58,805 bases of DNA from Chiloscyllium plagiosum (Eukaryota): the NCBI RefSeq assembly GCF_004010195.1, contig NC_057754.1, positions 2,761,341 to 2,820,145 of the forward strand. The letters run 5' to 3'. Position 1 is the first letter of the stretch, and every line of letters begins with the position of its first letter. A program made the position numbers and the translations under genes. The notes beneath the pieces are model-generated. The model had not been told where the DNA came from and ran no database searches. It worked only from the letters and a program-made list of their open reading frames with translations. Shown here piece after piece: positions 24,486 to 36,938 of this stretch.

Positions 24486-24840
24486 GGCAGACAGTGGCAT
24501 AGTAGCATTGTCAATGGATTAGTAATTAATGCTCTGGGGCCACTGGTTCAAATCCCATCACAACAGTTCAATTTAAATTCAATTAATAGATTTGGAATAT
24601 CAAGTTAAAACATGGAAGTATCTTCAATTGTTGTAAAAACCCATTTGATTCATTAACACGCCTTAGGAAAGGAACTTACATGGTCTCGCCTACGTGGGCT
24701 CACAGTAACCCTCTGTTCTGTCATCACTTTATAACTCTGTTATACTGTGACTGACACATAATTGCCCTCTGAAATGGTCTAGGAAGGGCAATTAGGGATG
24801 GGCAACAAAAACTGGCTTGGCTAGTCATGCCCATATCCCA
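24486..24840 (+). mobile_element. tRNA-derived SINE with L2/CR1-like tail (not HE1)
   Basis: A box tggcatagtagc, B box ggttcaaatccc, tail ggcaattagggatgggcaac..gcccatatccca. Confidence 0.6.
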
Positions 24841-25686
24841 TAGAGTCATACAGCACAGAACTATGCCCTTCAGTCCATACTGACCAGATAGGGTGGCACG
24901 ATGGCTCAGTGGTTAGCACTGCTGCCTCACCGCACCAGGGTCCCAGGTTCGATTCCAGCCTCGGGTCATTGTCCGTGTGGAGTTTGCACATTCTCCCAGT
25001 GTCTGCGTGGGTTTCCTCCCGGTGCTCCGGTTTCCTCCCACAGTCCAAAGATGTGCAGGTCAGGTGAATTGGCCACGCTAAATTGCCCGTAGTGTTAAGT
25101 GCATTAGTCAGAGGGAAATGGATCTGGGTGGGTTACTCTTTGGAGGGTCGGTGTGGACATGTTGGGCTGAGGGGCCTGTTTCCACACTGTAGGGAATCTA
25201 ATCTAATCAGATATCCTAAATCAATCTAATCCCATTTGGCCCATAATCCTCCAATCCTTCCTATTTACATACCTATCTAGATGTCTTTTAAATGTTGTAA
25301 TTGTACCAGCCTCCACCACTTCCTCTGGCAGCTCATTCCACACATATATACCACCCTCTGCGTGAAAAAGTTGCCCCTTAGGTCCCTTTTAACTCTTTCC
25401 CCTCTCACCTTAAACCGATGCACTCGAGTTTTGGACCCCCCCGACCTTGGGGAAAAGACCTTGTCTATTTACCCTAGCTGTGCCCCTCAGCCTCCGACGC
25501 TCCAGGGAAAACAGCCCCAGCCTATTCAGCCTCTCCCTATAGCTCAAATCCTCCAATCCCGGCAACATCCTTGTAAATCCTTTCTGAACCCTTTCATGTT
25601 TCACAACCTTCCTATAGCAGGGAGACCGGTGTTGCACACAGTATTCCAATAGTGGCCTAACCAATGTCCTGCACAGCCGCAACAAC
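24841..25686 (-). mobile_element. CR1 LINE 3' fragment interrupted by HE1
   Basis: RTLVRPLLEYCVQ..ERVQKGFTRMLPGL. Confidence 0.85.
24891..25207 (+). mobile_element. HE1-type V-SINE, full length
   Basis: Head, V domain and tail; TSD CAGATA. Confidence 0.95.
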
Positions 25687-25759
25687 ACGAAAGAGTCAGG
25701 ACAAAGATTGCGGGTTTGAGCTCCATAGTTGAGCAATTGCTTTCGAAACCGACACTAAC

Positions 25760-26025
25760 CCTGGGCAGCTGTAAAATCCATCGGCGCTATTTTTTTTGAA
25801 GAGGGGAGGGTGGGGAGCTCTCCCCAGTGCCCTGAGGACCAATATTTATCCCTCAGTCAACATCACTGAAAACAAATCCTCTCTGTGAGATCTTCCTGTG
25901 TCATGTGGCTGTGTCATTTTCTGCATCCACACAGCGATTACACCTCAAAGGAAACCGATCCCATTAGCCGCAAAGAGTTTAGGGACATCCTCGGGCACCA
26001 TATAAATGCAAACTCTTGCTTTCTT
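25760..26025 (+). mobile_element. Deu-domain SINE 3' part
   Basis: ccaatatttatccctcagtcaacatcactgaaaac..atataaatgcaa tail. Confidence 0.7.
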
Positions 26026-26494
26026 AGTATTGGCTGAGAATGAAATCTCAGACTCTCTTGCAGGAAAACCTCAGGAAGTCCGTCATAATGTCGACGTTTT
26101 GCTTATTTCTTCCCCCACCCATGGGTTAACAGCTTGTGTAAAAGGAGGTCGCCTCTCCTGTTGAGCTGTTTTAGCTTTGCTTTCTCTTGGTGACTCACTC
26201 AGCATAGCTTCCGGCTCTATGCTAGGCACGTTGGACAGCCTGGAGAAACCTGACACCCTGAGGGGTGCCCCAGTGCTGGCAGCAGGGGCTGTTATGTATG
26301 TTCGCTCTTCCCGAATGAGGTCACCCAGCCATACTACTAAAAAGCTGCAGGTTTATCGTGTGCATAACACGCTCGCAGAGAATGAGGAACAGCAGGCAGA
26401 TTCAGACGAGCAGCCATTGTTTATAGACGGGCCATTCAAAATACAAAGTCACAGAAAGAGGCCGGTCTGTCCACTGTTTCTCCACCAAACTCAT

Positions 26495-26661
26495 CTTTTG
26501 CTCTAAATTCTGTGTCTTGTGGTCCCGCTCCACAGCTACCTGATGAAGGGGCAGCGCTCCGAAAGCTAGTGCTTCCGAATAAACCTGTTGGACTATAACC
26601 TGGTGTCGTGTGATTTTTAACTTTGTCCACCCCAGTCCGACATCGGCTCCTCCACATCATG
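26495..26661 (+). mobile_element. PLE family B end with hammerhead motif (26540-26568)
   Basis: CTGATGA-A-GGGGC-AGC-GCTCC-GAAA-GC-TA (G-U wobble in stem II). Confidence 0.8.
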
Positions 26662-26684
26662 GCCACCAACCTCATTGTTATTTA

Positions 26685-26824
26685 ATGTTGAAAATGTGTT
26701 GCTGGAACAGCGCAGCAGGTCAGGCAGCGTCCAGGGAACAGGAGAATCGACGTTTCGGGCATAAGCCCTTTTCCAGCAACACATTTCCAGCTCTGATCTC
26801 CAGCATCTGCAGACCTCACTTTCT
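26685..26824. mobile_element. PLE family A mini-element with inversion
   Basis: 15-bp TSD CCTCATTGTTATTTA (26670-26684, 26825-26839); truncated hammerhead. Confidence 0.85.
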
Positions 26825-27189
26825 CCTCATTGTTATTTAGTCCCAAGCTTACCTGCTCTTCCATCATGACCCCACTATTGTTTCACTTTTCAGCTGTTCA
26901 TCCAATCCCCATACAATTGGATCTGGTTCCGCCACCTTTTAGATCACAAAGCACTTCTTATCACCCCCTCTGACTCTGTTGCCAATTTTAAATTTGTCTC
27001 TTCTGGTTAAGAACCTTGCTGCTACTGGAAGCGTTTTCTGTTTTTGCGAGAGGTTTGTTTTTCTGAGAGGTCAAAACTTCTCATCACTTTGAAGACCGTC
27101 TTAAATTTTCCATTACCTCTCTGCACCAAGGAGGACAATACCAACCTCTCCAGTCTCTCCACTTACTTGAAGTTCTTAGTTCCTTCATA

Positions 27190-28070
27190 GGGCAATAAGT
27201 TCAAATTGTAGGCCTGGACCGAGGATTGGCTTACAACGTGGGCTCATTCAGATAGAGGGGAACTGGAGACTTGGCCCAGACTTGAAGCTGGAGTCTGATG
27301 TGGGATGAACTAGGTACCAGAGAGGGGCTGGTGTCTTGCTCAGGCTGAAGTCAAGCAGGCTGAGACCACAATTAGGGCAGGCTGCAGACCAGACCAAAAC
27401 CAGGGGCTGGAATCTTGAATAGGCTCAGCATGGGTGGCACAGTGGCTCAGTGGTTAGCACTGCTGCCTCACAGCACCAGGGTGCCAGGTTCGATTCCAGC
27501 CTCGGGTGACTGTCTGTGTGGAGTTTGCACGTTCTCCCCGTGTCTGCGTGGGTTTCCTCCGGGTGCTCTGGTTTCCTCCCACAATCCAAAGATGTGCAGG
27601 TCAGGGTGAATTGGCCGTGCTAAATTGCCCATTGAGTTTGGTGCGTTAGTCAGAGGGAGATGGTTTGGGGTGGGTTACTCTTCAGAGGATCGGTGTGGAC
27701 TTGTTGGGCCGAAGGGCCTGTTTCCACATTGTAGGAAATCTAAAAAAAGAAAAATGACTCAACCAGGTAGAGGGGGGTGCTAGAATCTTGCATCTACTCA
27801 CACCAGGGACTGTATGGTCAGACCAGGAACAGGGTTGCGGGAGTCTTCCTAGACCATGTGCTGGAATCAAGAGTAGGCCTGCTAGAGGCCTCTGAAGCCT
27901 TGTGTAGGCGCAGACCATCTAGAGTGGGGCTAGAGTTTCGCTTTGGCCTGGAATACATAGAGAAGTTCTGGAGTCTAATGTAGACCTGAAGAGGAGCTGG
28001 AACCTTAATTGTACATCCAGAGCAACGAGAAGGGTCTAGTAGAGCCATTTCAGTAGGTTTGGTGTCCAAC
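27190..28070. repeat. Highly degenerate tandem repeat interrupted by HE1
   Basis: Recurring ggggctggagtct..aggcctg-like motif at roughly 30-40 bp spacing. Confidence 0.45.
27432..27742 (+). mobile_element. HE1-type V-SINE, full length
   Basis: Head, V domain and tail. Confidence 0.95.
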
Positions 28071-28072
28071 AT

Positions 28073-28218
28073 AGGCATCTGGATGGGTATATGAATAGGA
28101 AGGGTTTGGAGGGATATGGACCGGCTGCTGGCAGGTGGGACTAGATTGGGTTGGGATATCTGGTCGGTATGGATGGGTTGGACCGAAGGGTCTGTTTCAA
28201 TACTGTACATCTCTATGG
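28073..28218 (+). mobile_element. CR1 3' terminus
   Basis: ggcatctggatgggtatatgaatagg..ggaccgaagggtct..ctctatg. Confidence 0.85.
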
Positions 28219-28458
28219 ATGGAAATCCTAATCCTTGAAGGGTGAGTTTTAAAAATAAAAATCCATCAGCTTTTCACTTGACCTGGTACCGATCACCATA
28301 AATTACCAGATTTATCGAAATGACTGCTCCAGTGCCAAACCAACCCAAGTACTGTTCTATAGAAGCTGCTGGGATACAGTTATCCAGCGCACTGCTTCCC
28401 CAATTCTGTTTCCCACTCTTCTTTGGAAGACTTTGTTGTTGGGCTTAGCTTTGGTGTT

Positions 28459-28760
28459 GGGGTGGCACAGTGGCTCAGTGGTTTGCACTGCTGCCTCACA
28501 GCACCAGGGTCCCAGGTTCGATTCCAGCCTTGGGCGGCTGTCTGTGTGGAGTTTGCACAATCTCCCCGTGTGAGTTTCCTCCGGGTGTTCCGGTTTCCTC
28601 CAAAGATGTGTGGGTCAGATGGACTGGCCGCGCTAAATTGCCCATAGTGTTAGGTGCATTAGTCAGAGGGAAATGGGTCGGGTTGGGTTACTCTTCGGAG
28701 GGTCGGTGTGGACTGGTTGGGCCGAAGGGCCTGTTTCCACACTGTAGGGAATCTAATCTA
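28459..28760 (+). mobile_element. HE1-type V-SINE
   Basis: Head, V domain and tail. Confidence 0.93.
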
Positions 28761-28767
28761 ACTGATG

Positions 28768-29089
28768 CGTGGCATGGTGACTCAGTGGTTAGCGCTGCTG
28801 CCTCACAGCCCTAGGGTTCTGGTTTCAATATCAGCCCTTAGGCTGTACCTGTGAAATTTGCACATTCTCCCTGTGTCTTTGGTTTCTTCCCAATGTCTGA
28901 AGACGTGCGGTTAAGGTGGATTGGCCATGCTAAATTGTCCATAGTGTCCAGAGATGTGCAGGCTAGGTGGATTAGCCATGGGAGATGCAGAGATACAGGG
29001 ATAGGGTAGGGCTGGGGCTCTAAGTGAGATGCTCTTCAAGGGATTTGATGGGCTAAGTAGCCTGCTTCCACACTGCAGGGCTTCAATGA
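28768..29089 (+). mobile_element. Older HE1-like V-SINE with two internal repeat units
   Basis: ggtggattggccatg..gatgtgcaggctaggtggattagccatg. Confidence 0.8.
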
Positions 29090-29399
29090 TTGTAAGTGAT
29101 AGGGACATGAAGTATGACATGACTTAATGTATAGAAAAGCAATAGCAAAGTTTCAAATCAAAAATTAAATTGGGAAATGCTTGAAAATCCTCAGTATTGT
29201 GGAGGGAAACAGTAACAAAATGATGAGCGGACTGAGGGCGATAGGGTGGGATGCTCTTCAAAGGACTCAATGGGCCGAATGGTCGTGAACTGCACTGTAG
29301 GGACTCTCTGATTCTATGGTTAATGTTTCGTGTCAATGACTCTTCAAGACCCCATGGATGCATTTTCCAACAGGATTTCTCTCGCTCACAAGCGGCAAC

Positions 29400-29660
29400 A
29401 CAGAGGCCACCCTTGTAAATGAGGCAGGTGAACTGATACAGCCTGGGGTGCTGCACTGTCAGATGTGTTGTCTCTCAACCGAAGCATTGAATCATGAGGC
29501 GTTGCATGCATTCTTAGCTGGCTGCAAAAGATCTCATGATTGTGTTCGATGAGCATTGCCACTGGAAAATACTCAATCCGTTCTGTCACATGTTTATCAC
29601 ATTGCTGTTTGCAAGATCTTGCTGTGAGCAGATTGATGTCAGGATTCCTACATTATATTG
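29400..29660 (+). mobile_element. Deu-domain SINE remnant
   Basis: gtgctgcactgtcagatgtg..aaaagatctcatg..tcacattgctgtttg..gatcttgctgtg. Confidence 0.6.
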
Positions 29661-30877
29661 CAAAAACCGCAACACCGGCCCCAAATGCCCTTTTTGGGGA
29701 ATATCCTGGGGTGGCGAAAGGCAAGACTTTTTTCCTCTCATCCATTGCAAAGTTTTTTGTGCTTCCCTATAAGTGTTGCCTTTCAGAGCAGAGACCAGGG
29801 AAACTGCGAAGCTATTGAGCAATGTTTCCCTCATGCATATCGAAAGGGTTAAAATGGCTGACAGGATTGGGAGCTCAGCTTGAAGCACATTGTGTGTGTT
29901 TGGGGAAAAAAACATGACATGATGAAATCAAGAGCTGTTTACATGAGTTGAGTACGTACCACTCCCTGTCAGATTGGGTGGGGCTGATGTTGGCTTCAAC
30001 AGTCCCCCTTGGGCAGTGGGAATGTGGAACAATCCACTGTATTATAGAAATGTGCTCGCTTTATTCCTCAACACTTTCTCCTCTGGTCACTAGGGAAACT
30101 ACTGCCCACTCACTAGAATTTCTGTGATAAATTCCCTCGTTAAAACAAAAACGCAGCAAGCTGACGGAGGTCTGTTGTTGCTGAGCAACATCTTGGTGCT
30201 GGGTCTTTGCTTTAGTTACTGCCTGTTTCTCGGACTCTCAGGTCACCCTCCTCTCCTGAGGTTTGCTGCAGGATCCTGAATCTGCGGGGTCCAAGACACC
30301 CCCCATCTCAGTGGGACCCTGTGCTTCACACAGCACCCGAGGCAGTCAGAGTACTTTATCAGTCGGCTATCCGACTATGGGGAGCTTCACCACCCCTCAG
30401 CCAACATCCACAAAAGCTTCCAAACCCGCGCGAGGGTGTACTTTTTCTGGGTGACATGGGACGTGGGAACCTTTCCTGATTTCAGCCACTCTGCATCGCA
30501 CAGGGCAATTGTTGCTCAAATGACCAATTTTGGCCAATACTGGCGAGAAATGTACTCTTTACTCAAATAGGCTAATGCTGCACTCTCCTCTCATATCGCA
30601 AACCTATTAATATTCCACCCAGCCAATCACATTCTTCCTTCATTCCTCACATTTTATACTATCCCAACCACTCTAATCCATCCCTCAACTCATTTTCCGC
30701 ACCATTTAGTATCCCACCCAGCTGTATTCCATTCTCCCCTTTATTCCCAGAACCATTTAATATCCTCCCCAGTCTAATCCCACTCTTTACTCTCCATGGC
30801 ATTCAATATCCCACCCAGTCTAATCCCACTCACCTCCTTCTCATGCCCTGCACCCTTTAAGATCCCACCCAGTCTAT

Positions 30878-31187
30878 GGGCGGCACAGTGGTCAGCACTG
30901 CTGCCTCATCAGCGCCAGAGACCCGGGTTCAATTCCCGCCTCGGGCAACCGTCTGTGTGGAGTTTGCACATTCTCCCTGTGTCTGCGTGGGTTTCCTCCG
31001 GGTGCTCCGGTTTCCTCCCACAGTCCAAAGATGTGCAGGTCAGGTGGATTGGCCATGCTAAATTGCCCATAGTGTTAGGTGCAGGGGTAAATGTAGGGGT
31101 ATGGGTCTGGGTGGGTTGTTCTTTGGAGGGTTGGTGTGGACTTGTTGGGCCGAAGGGCCTGTTTCCACACTGTAAGTAATCTAATCT
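30878..31187 (+). mobile_element. HE1-type V-SINE, full length
   Basis: Head, V domain and tail. Confidence 0.95.
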
Positions 31188-31538
31188 ACTCTCATTCCCT
31201 CTCCCACTCAACACACTTTTAACATCACACACAAACTAATCACAACCTCCCCATCAGTCCCCTACTCTTTAATATCCCAACCAGTCCAATTCCACTTTTC
31301 ATCTCACTTCCCAGACCCATTAGTTTCCCACTCAGCCTGATCTCACTCTTGCCACACACTTTAAGATCCCACGCAGTTTAAGCACAATCTCCTCCCCATT
31401 CCCATCTCCTTTAGTAGCCCGCTGAGTCTATTCCCACTCTTCCCGCGCATGTTGAAATCTCCGAGCCAGTGTAATCTCATTCTTGCCACATGCATTAATA
31501 TCCCACCCAGTCTAATGCCACTCTCCTCTAACTCCCCA

Positions 31539-31965
31539 CATGAGACCATAAGATATAGAATTAGGCCATTCAGCCCATTGAGTCTGCTCCACCATTCAAT
31601 CATGGATGATACATTTCTTAATCCCATTCTCCTGCCCTTTCCTTGTAACCCTTGGTCCCCCTACAGATCAAGAAAGTATTTCTCTCTGTCTTAAATACAT
31701 CCAATGACATAGTTACCACAGCCCTCTGCAGCAATGAGTTCCTCAGATTAACCACCTTCTGGCTGAAGAAGTCATCTGAGTTCTAAAAGGGTGTCCTTTC
31801 AGTCTGAGGCTGTCCCCCGAGGGTTGTAGTAGTCTCTCTTACGAGTGGAAACATCTTCTCGAAGTCCACTCTATCCAGGTCTCTCAGTGTTCTCTACGTT
31901 TCAATCATATTCCTGCGCCCTCCCCTCCCCCCTCCAAATCTTCTAAACTCCATCAAGTACAGACC
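31539..31965 (-). mobile_element. CR1 LINE 3' fragment (different family)
   Basis: cataagatatag..ggccattcagcccattgag..gtccactctatccagg. Confidence 0.75.
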
Positions 31966-32454
31966 CAAACCTCAGGGGGAATTCTATCACTTTATGGGCA
32001 CTGTCCCCTAGGGGTTCTTCACCTTAAACTCCCTCATCACGTTTGCCTTATTACACGTCCTTAATATCCCAGCCAGTCTAATCCCACGATTTTGCATTTG
32101 GCTTTCCACCTCACAGTCTGCTCACTGCCCAGTTTTGATTGATCCCTACCCTCCTCACTCACGATGTATCTAATTATTCCTTTCTTTCTTTGAAGAAGAA
32201 GGTCCGGTATTTGGGAATGGTAAAACATTAGGTCGCTGAGCAAGATTGGTTGCCTTTGTCTTCTGAGTACAAATTGTGCTGGGGATGTGGCATGAAAACT
32301 CAGCTTTGCAAACATCTTGCTTTTCTGCTGAGTATTTATCCATCATTTGTTTGATAGTATGTGCTATGCATTCTGCTGGACTGTTGGAGTATATCGTGGG
32401 GTGACAATGTGATGTGGCTCATTTCCCACTTAGCACACATGCCATGAACAAGTC

Positions 32455-32610
32455 AAAAGTGAGGACTGCACATGCTGGAAATCAGAGTCTAGAGTCATTT
32501 ACCTCTCCACCCCGGAGCCTCCCTGCCTTCATTCCTGATGAAGGGCTTTTGCCCGAAACGTCGATTCTCCTGCTCCTCGGATGCTGCCTGACCTGCTGTG
32601 CTTTTCCAGA
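32455..32610. mobile_element. PLE family A end with inversion, intact hammerhead motif 32535-32562(+)
   Basis: CTGATGA-A-GGGC-TTTT-GCCC-GAAA-C-GTC. Confidence 0.85.
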
Positions 32611-32645
32611 CTCATGCCTTGAAGACATTATCCAGCCTGGGATAC

Positions 32646-33600
32646 TGTAATGGACCAGATCAGACCCCACCATAATATATTAAGAAGGTACCCAAGACCC
32701 TAGCTTCTTCTTATTTTATAGGTAAATGTGAGGTGCTGTGTTCCAGATGCAACTCGATTGATCAAACTACTCAACATTAAGCAAAACACAATGTATTCAA
32801 ACACAATAATTAAAATACAACAAAATAAAGAAAAACTTGGAATAGCTTAACTCTATTGGAAAACTTAACAGAATAATAGATACAGTAACTATTACTAATT
32901 AAAATTGTGGGCGGCACGGTGACACAGTGGTTAGTGGTTCAATTCCCACCTCAGGCGACTGACTGTGTGGAGTTTGCACATTCTCCCCGTGTCTGCGTGG
33001 GGTTTCCTCCGGGTGCTCCGGTTTCCTCCCACATTCCAAAAACGTGCAGGTTAGGTGAATTGGCCATGCTAAATTGCCCGTAGTGTTAGGTGAAGGGGTA
33101 AATGTAGGGTAAATGGGTCTGGGTCGGTTGCGCTTCTGCGGGTCGGGTTGACTTGTTGGGCCGAAGGGCCTGTTTCCACACTGTAAGTAATCTAATCTAA
33201 TCTTAACTGTTCCAATGTGATAACATTCCATAAACACACCCTCAGCAAAAAGGTGAATTCAGAAAAACAGATTGTCTCACATGCAACCCTCTCAGCAAGG
33301 AAGTGATACATGCAGCAGCTCCCTAAAGAGACAGCGAGAGAGAGAGAGAGAGTTGCAACTGGGAGAGATGCACGGCCTACCAATCCTGCTGAGATTCCAG
33401 CAATAAATGCCGAAAGCTAACGATAAATCCTGGATCTGTGAGATCGGACCCACTAAGGCTACTTCTGCTGTGCTAACTCTTAAAACAAAAGGCCTCACAA
33501 GTTGTTTATCATCTCATAGACCGCTCGTCACCTGTCCACCAATCTCGATCTAAAAGAAACCAGGACAAAACGTACCTCTTAAAGCCACAGTATTGTCACA
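32646..33600 (-). mobile_element. Solo LTR (Gypsy-like)
   Basis: TG..CA termini, ATAC TSD (32642-32645, 33601-33604); minus-strand start TGTGACAA as in the 8750 element. Confidence 0.75.
32909..33202 (+). mobile_element. HE1-type V-SINE nested in the solo LTR
   Basis: Head with internal deletion, V domain, (AATCT)n tail. Confidence 0.93.
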
Positions 33601-34167
33601 ATACTGAATAGGCCAAAAATAGCGCTCATTGTGTCAGTGACCGTTACATTTGTTGCATTGCTAAGTCATCAGAGAATGGTAAATTTAGAACAGCAATCCA
33701 TCACATTCTTCTCCATTCACTGTGAACAAGCCTGTTGCTACTTTTGTCAAAAGAATGGATAGAACATAATTCAGATGAAGATAATCTCTCAGCTGCTAGA
33801 ATTTGTCCGACGTCACATACATTCACCAGTTTTTGAATATTTTGATATGAAAACTTAGTAATGCTCTTGATATTATTATGATCCCGGATTATGATAACAC
33901 TAGAAAAATCAGATCTGAGAATGAAACCTGGCTTGATAGATCATAGTATTATTTTTCACAGTTGGTCACCATAGTCATTGAACATATTCACATGGGGCTG
34001 CCAGTGTTCTTTAGCAAATGAACACAAGTCAACTGCACAAAAGATATAAACAATCATAGCTACATATATGTAAGAGGATTCAACACCTTTTGATTTTTTA
34101 CAAATATTCAATCCGAATGAAGTTAATTTCTTCCTGAACTGACTTCTTTCTGACTACTTGTTGGTCT

Positions 34168-34546
34168 TTGTATTGAGTACAGGAGTTGGGAGGTCATGTT
34201 GGGGCTGTACAGGACATTGGTTAGACCACTGTTGGAATTCTGGTCTACTTCCTATCGGAAAGATGTTGTGAAACTTGAAAGGGTTCAGAAAATATTTACA
34301 AGGATGTTGCCAGGGTTGGAGGATCTGAGCTACAGGGAGAGGCTGAACAGGCTGGGGCTGTTTTCCCTGGAGTGTCGGAGGCTGAGGGGTGGCCTTATAG
34401 AGGTTTACAAAATTATGAGGGGCATGGATGGATAAATAGGCAAAGTCTTTTCCCTGGGGTCGGGGAGTCCAGAACTAGAGGGCGTAGGTTTAGGGTGAGA
34501 GGGGAAAGATATAAAAGGGACCTAAGGGGCAACTTTTTCACGCAGA
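34168..34546 (+). mobile_element. CR1 LINE 3' fragment running into the gap
   Basis: LYRTLVRPLLE..LERVQKIFTRMLPGL. Confidence 0.9.
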
Positions 34547-35018
34547 NNNNNNNNNNNNNNNNNNNNNNNNNNNNNNNNNNNNNNNNNNNNNNNNNNNNNN
34601 NNNNNNNNNNNNNNNNNNNNNNNNNNNNNNNNNNNNNNNNNNNNNNNNNNNNNNNNNNNNNNNNNNNNNNNNNNNNNNNNNNNNNNNNNNNNNNNNNNNN
34701 NNNNNNNNNNNNNNNNNNNNNNNNNNNNNNNNNNNNNNNNNNNNNNNNNNNNNNNNNNNNNNNNNNNNNNNNNNNNNNNNNNNNNNNNNNNNNNNNNNNN
34801 NNNNNNNNNNNNNNNNNNNNNNNNNNNNNNNNNNNNNNNNNNNNNNNNNNNNNNNNNNNNNNNNNNNNNNNNNNNNNNNNNNNNNNNNNNNNNNNNNNNN
34901 NNNNNNNNNNNNNNNNNNNNNNNNNNNNNNNNNNNNNNNNNNNNNNNNNNNNNNNNNNNNNNNNNNNNNNNNNNNNNNNNNNNNNNNNNNNNNNNNNNNN
35001 NNNNNNNNNNNNNNNNNG
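34547..35018. other. Assembly gap
   Basis: N run. Confidence 1.
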
Positions 35019-35733
35019 GGCAATTTAGCACGGCCAATCCACCCTAACCTGCACATCCGTGGGCACTATGGGCAATTTAGCACGGCCAATCCACTCTAAC
35101 CTGCACATCCCTGGGCACTATGGGGCAATTTAGCACGGCCAATCCACCCTAACCTGCACATCCGTGGGCACTATGGGCAATTTAGCACGGCCAATCCACC
35201 CTAACCTGCACATCCGTGGGCACTATGGGCAATTTAGCACGGCCAATCCACCCTAACCTGCACATCCGTGGGCACTATGGGCAATTTAGCACGGCCAATC
35301 CACTCTAACCTGCACATCCCTGGGCACTATGGGGCAATTTAGTTTGGCCAAGCCACCCTAACCTGCACATCCCTGAACACTATGGGCAATTTAGCTTGGC
35401 CAATCCACCCTAACCCGCACATCCCTGGGCACTAAGGGCAATTTAGTACGGACAATCCACCCTAACCCGCACATCCCTGGGCACTAAGGGCAATTTAGCA
35501 CGGCTGATCCACCCTAACCTGCACATCCCTGGGCACTATGGGACAATTTAGCACGGCCAATCCACCCTAACCCGCACATCCCTGGGCCTAAGGGCAATTT
35601 AGCACGGCCAATCCACCCTAACCTGCACATCCCTGGGCACTATGGGCAATTTAGCTTGGCCAATCCACCCTAACCTGCACATCCCAGGGCACTATGGGCA
35701 ATTTAGCACGGCCAATCCACCCTAACCCACATA
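35019..35733. repeat. 52-bp minisatellite expanded from the HE1 internal repeat unit
   Basis: About 14 copies of GGGCAATTTAGCACGGCCAATCCACCCTAACCTGCACATCC(G/C)TGGGCACTAT. Confidence 0.95.
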
Positions 35734-35856
35734 ACTTTGGACTGTGGGAGGCAACCCATGCAGACACTGGGAGAATGTGCAAACTCCACACAATCATCCA
35801 AGTGTGGAATCAAAACCGGGTCCCTGGTGCTGTGAGGCAGCAGTGCTAACCACTGA
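35019..35856 (-). mobile_element. HE1-type V-SINE carrying the tandem expansion
   Basis: Head and V domain at 35734-35856 continue directly into the array. Confidence 0.85.
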
Positions 35857-36611
35857 TCCATCATACCTGTCACGCTATCATGGAATCCCCACGGTGTGGT
35901 TGCAGGCCATTCGGCCCATCGATTCTGGCATCTTGTAAACTTTCTACACAAACTGGGAGACACCACAAATTAACCTACCCTTCTGTTCTTCTGAACTGAA
36001 AAACCTGATTCTTTCGGACTGAAACCTACCAGTGGCCCCTGGTCAATTTTTCCTTTTGTAATCAAGGAAGAATATTCTGGACTATCCTGAGACCTATCCC
36101 CTTCCAGGTAGGTTCCAGAGAACATGTTCCACTTGTATAACTGCTACCTTTTAAATACTGATTTCCTTTCCTACTGATTTCTTTTCCTTTTCTGAGCAAT
36201 CTTTAGGTATTACTTCGGCAATCAGTGACTCATTTAGCTTCCAGCAATTGGCTTTAGTATGTCCAGTTGTGTTACAACAGGAGCATATTATTTTCTAGAT
36301 ATAATTTGAGTTGTAGTGTCTCTCATTTACTATTCTAGTGTCCCTCTATTTACTCACTCAAACTAGTAGCTTTTCCATCCCCATATTTTCTATTCCTCAT
36401 GGTATTGCTATTTGACAAAATAACATAAGTTTATTACATAAAAGTAAAGTGTACAAAGCTATAAGAGAATTTAAAAGATATTAATATAATCAACCACACA
36501 AACACCTCACTCTGGTAATACCTTTTATAGATACTCTGTCCCAGTGAAGTGTTACTCTTATCTTGTCTCTTTAATTTTTTATTTCAATAACTCTTTCCAG
36601 TTTTAATGCAG

Positions 36612-36937
36612 AAATAGACAAAGTCTTTTCCCTGGGGTCGGGGAGTCCAGAACTAGAGGGGCATAGGTTTAGGGTGAGAGGGGAAAGATATAAAAGAGAC
36701 CTAAGGGGCAACGTTTTCACACAGAGGGTGGTACGTGTATGGAATGATCTGCCAGAGGGTGTGGTGGAGTCTGGTACAATTGCAACGTTTAAGAGGCATT
36801 TGGATGGGTATATGAATAGGAAGGGTTTGGAGGGATATGGGCCGGGTGCTGGCAGACTAGATTGGGTTGGGATGTCTGGTCGGCATGGACGGGTTGGACC
36901 GAAGGATCTGTTTCTGTGTTGTCCATCTCTATGACTC
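36612..36937 (+). mobile_element. CR1 LINE 3' fragment
   Basis: RGNVFTQRVVRVWNDLP; tail ctctatgactc. Confidence 0.9.
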
Positions 36938-36938
36938 G

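Larger units (their letters stand above)
30608..32110. repeat. Degenerate minisatellite, core TAATATCCCACCCAGTCTAATCCCACT with variable C/T-rich linkers
   Basis: About 14 units at 40-55 bp spacing, interrupted by HE1 and CR1. Confidence 0.75.

Noticed and set aside
26177..26506. 109-aa ORF in unique-looking DNA
   Set aside because: Non-ATG start, no recognisable domain or supporting splice structure
30608..32110. CRISPR-like repeat-spacer appearance
   Set aside because: Vertebrate context, no cas genes, degenerate repeats, and low-complexity spacers of uneven length
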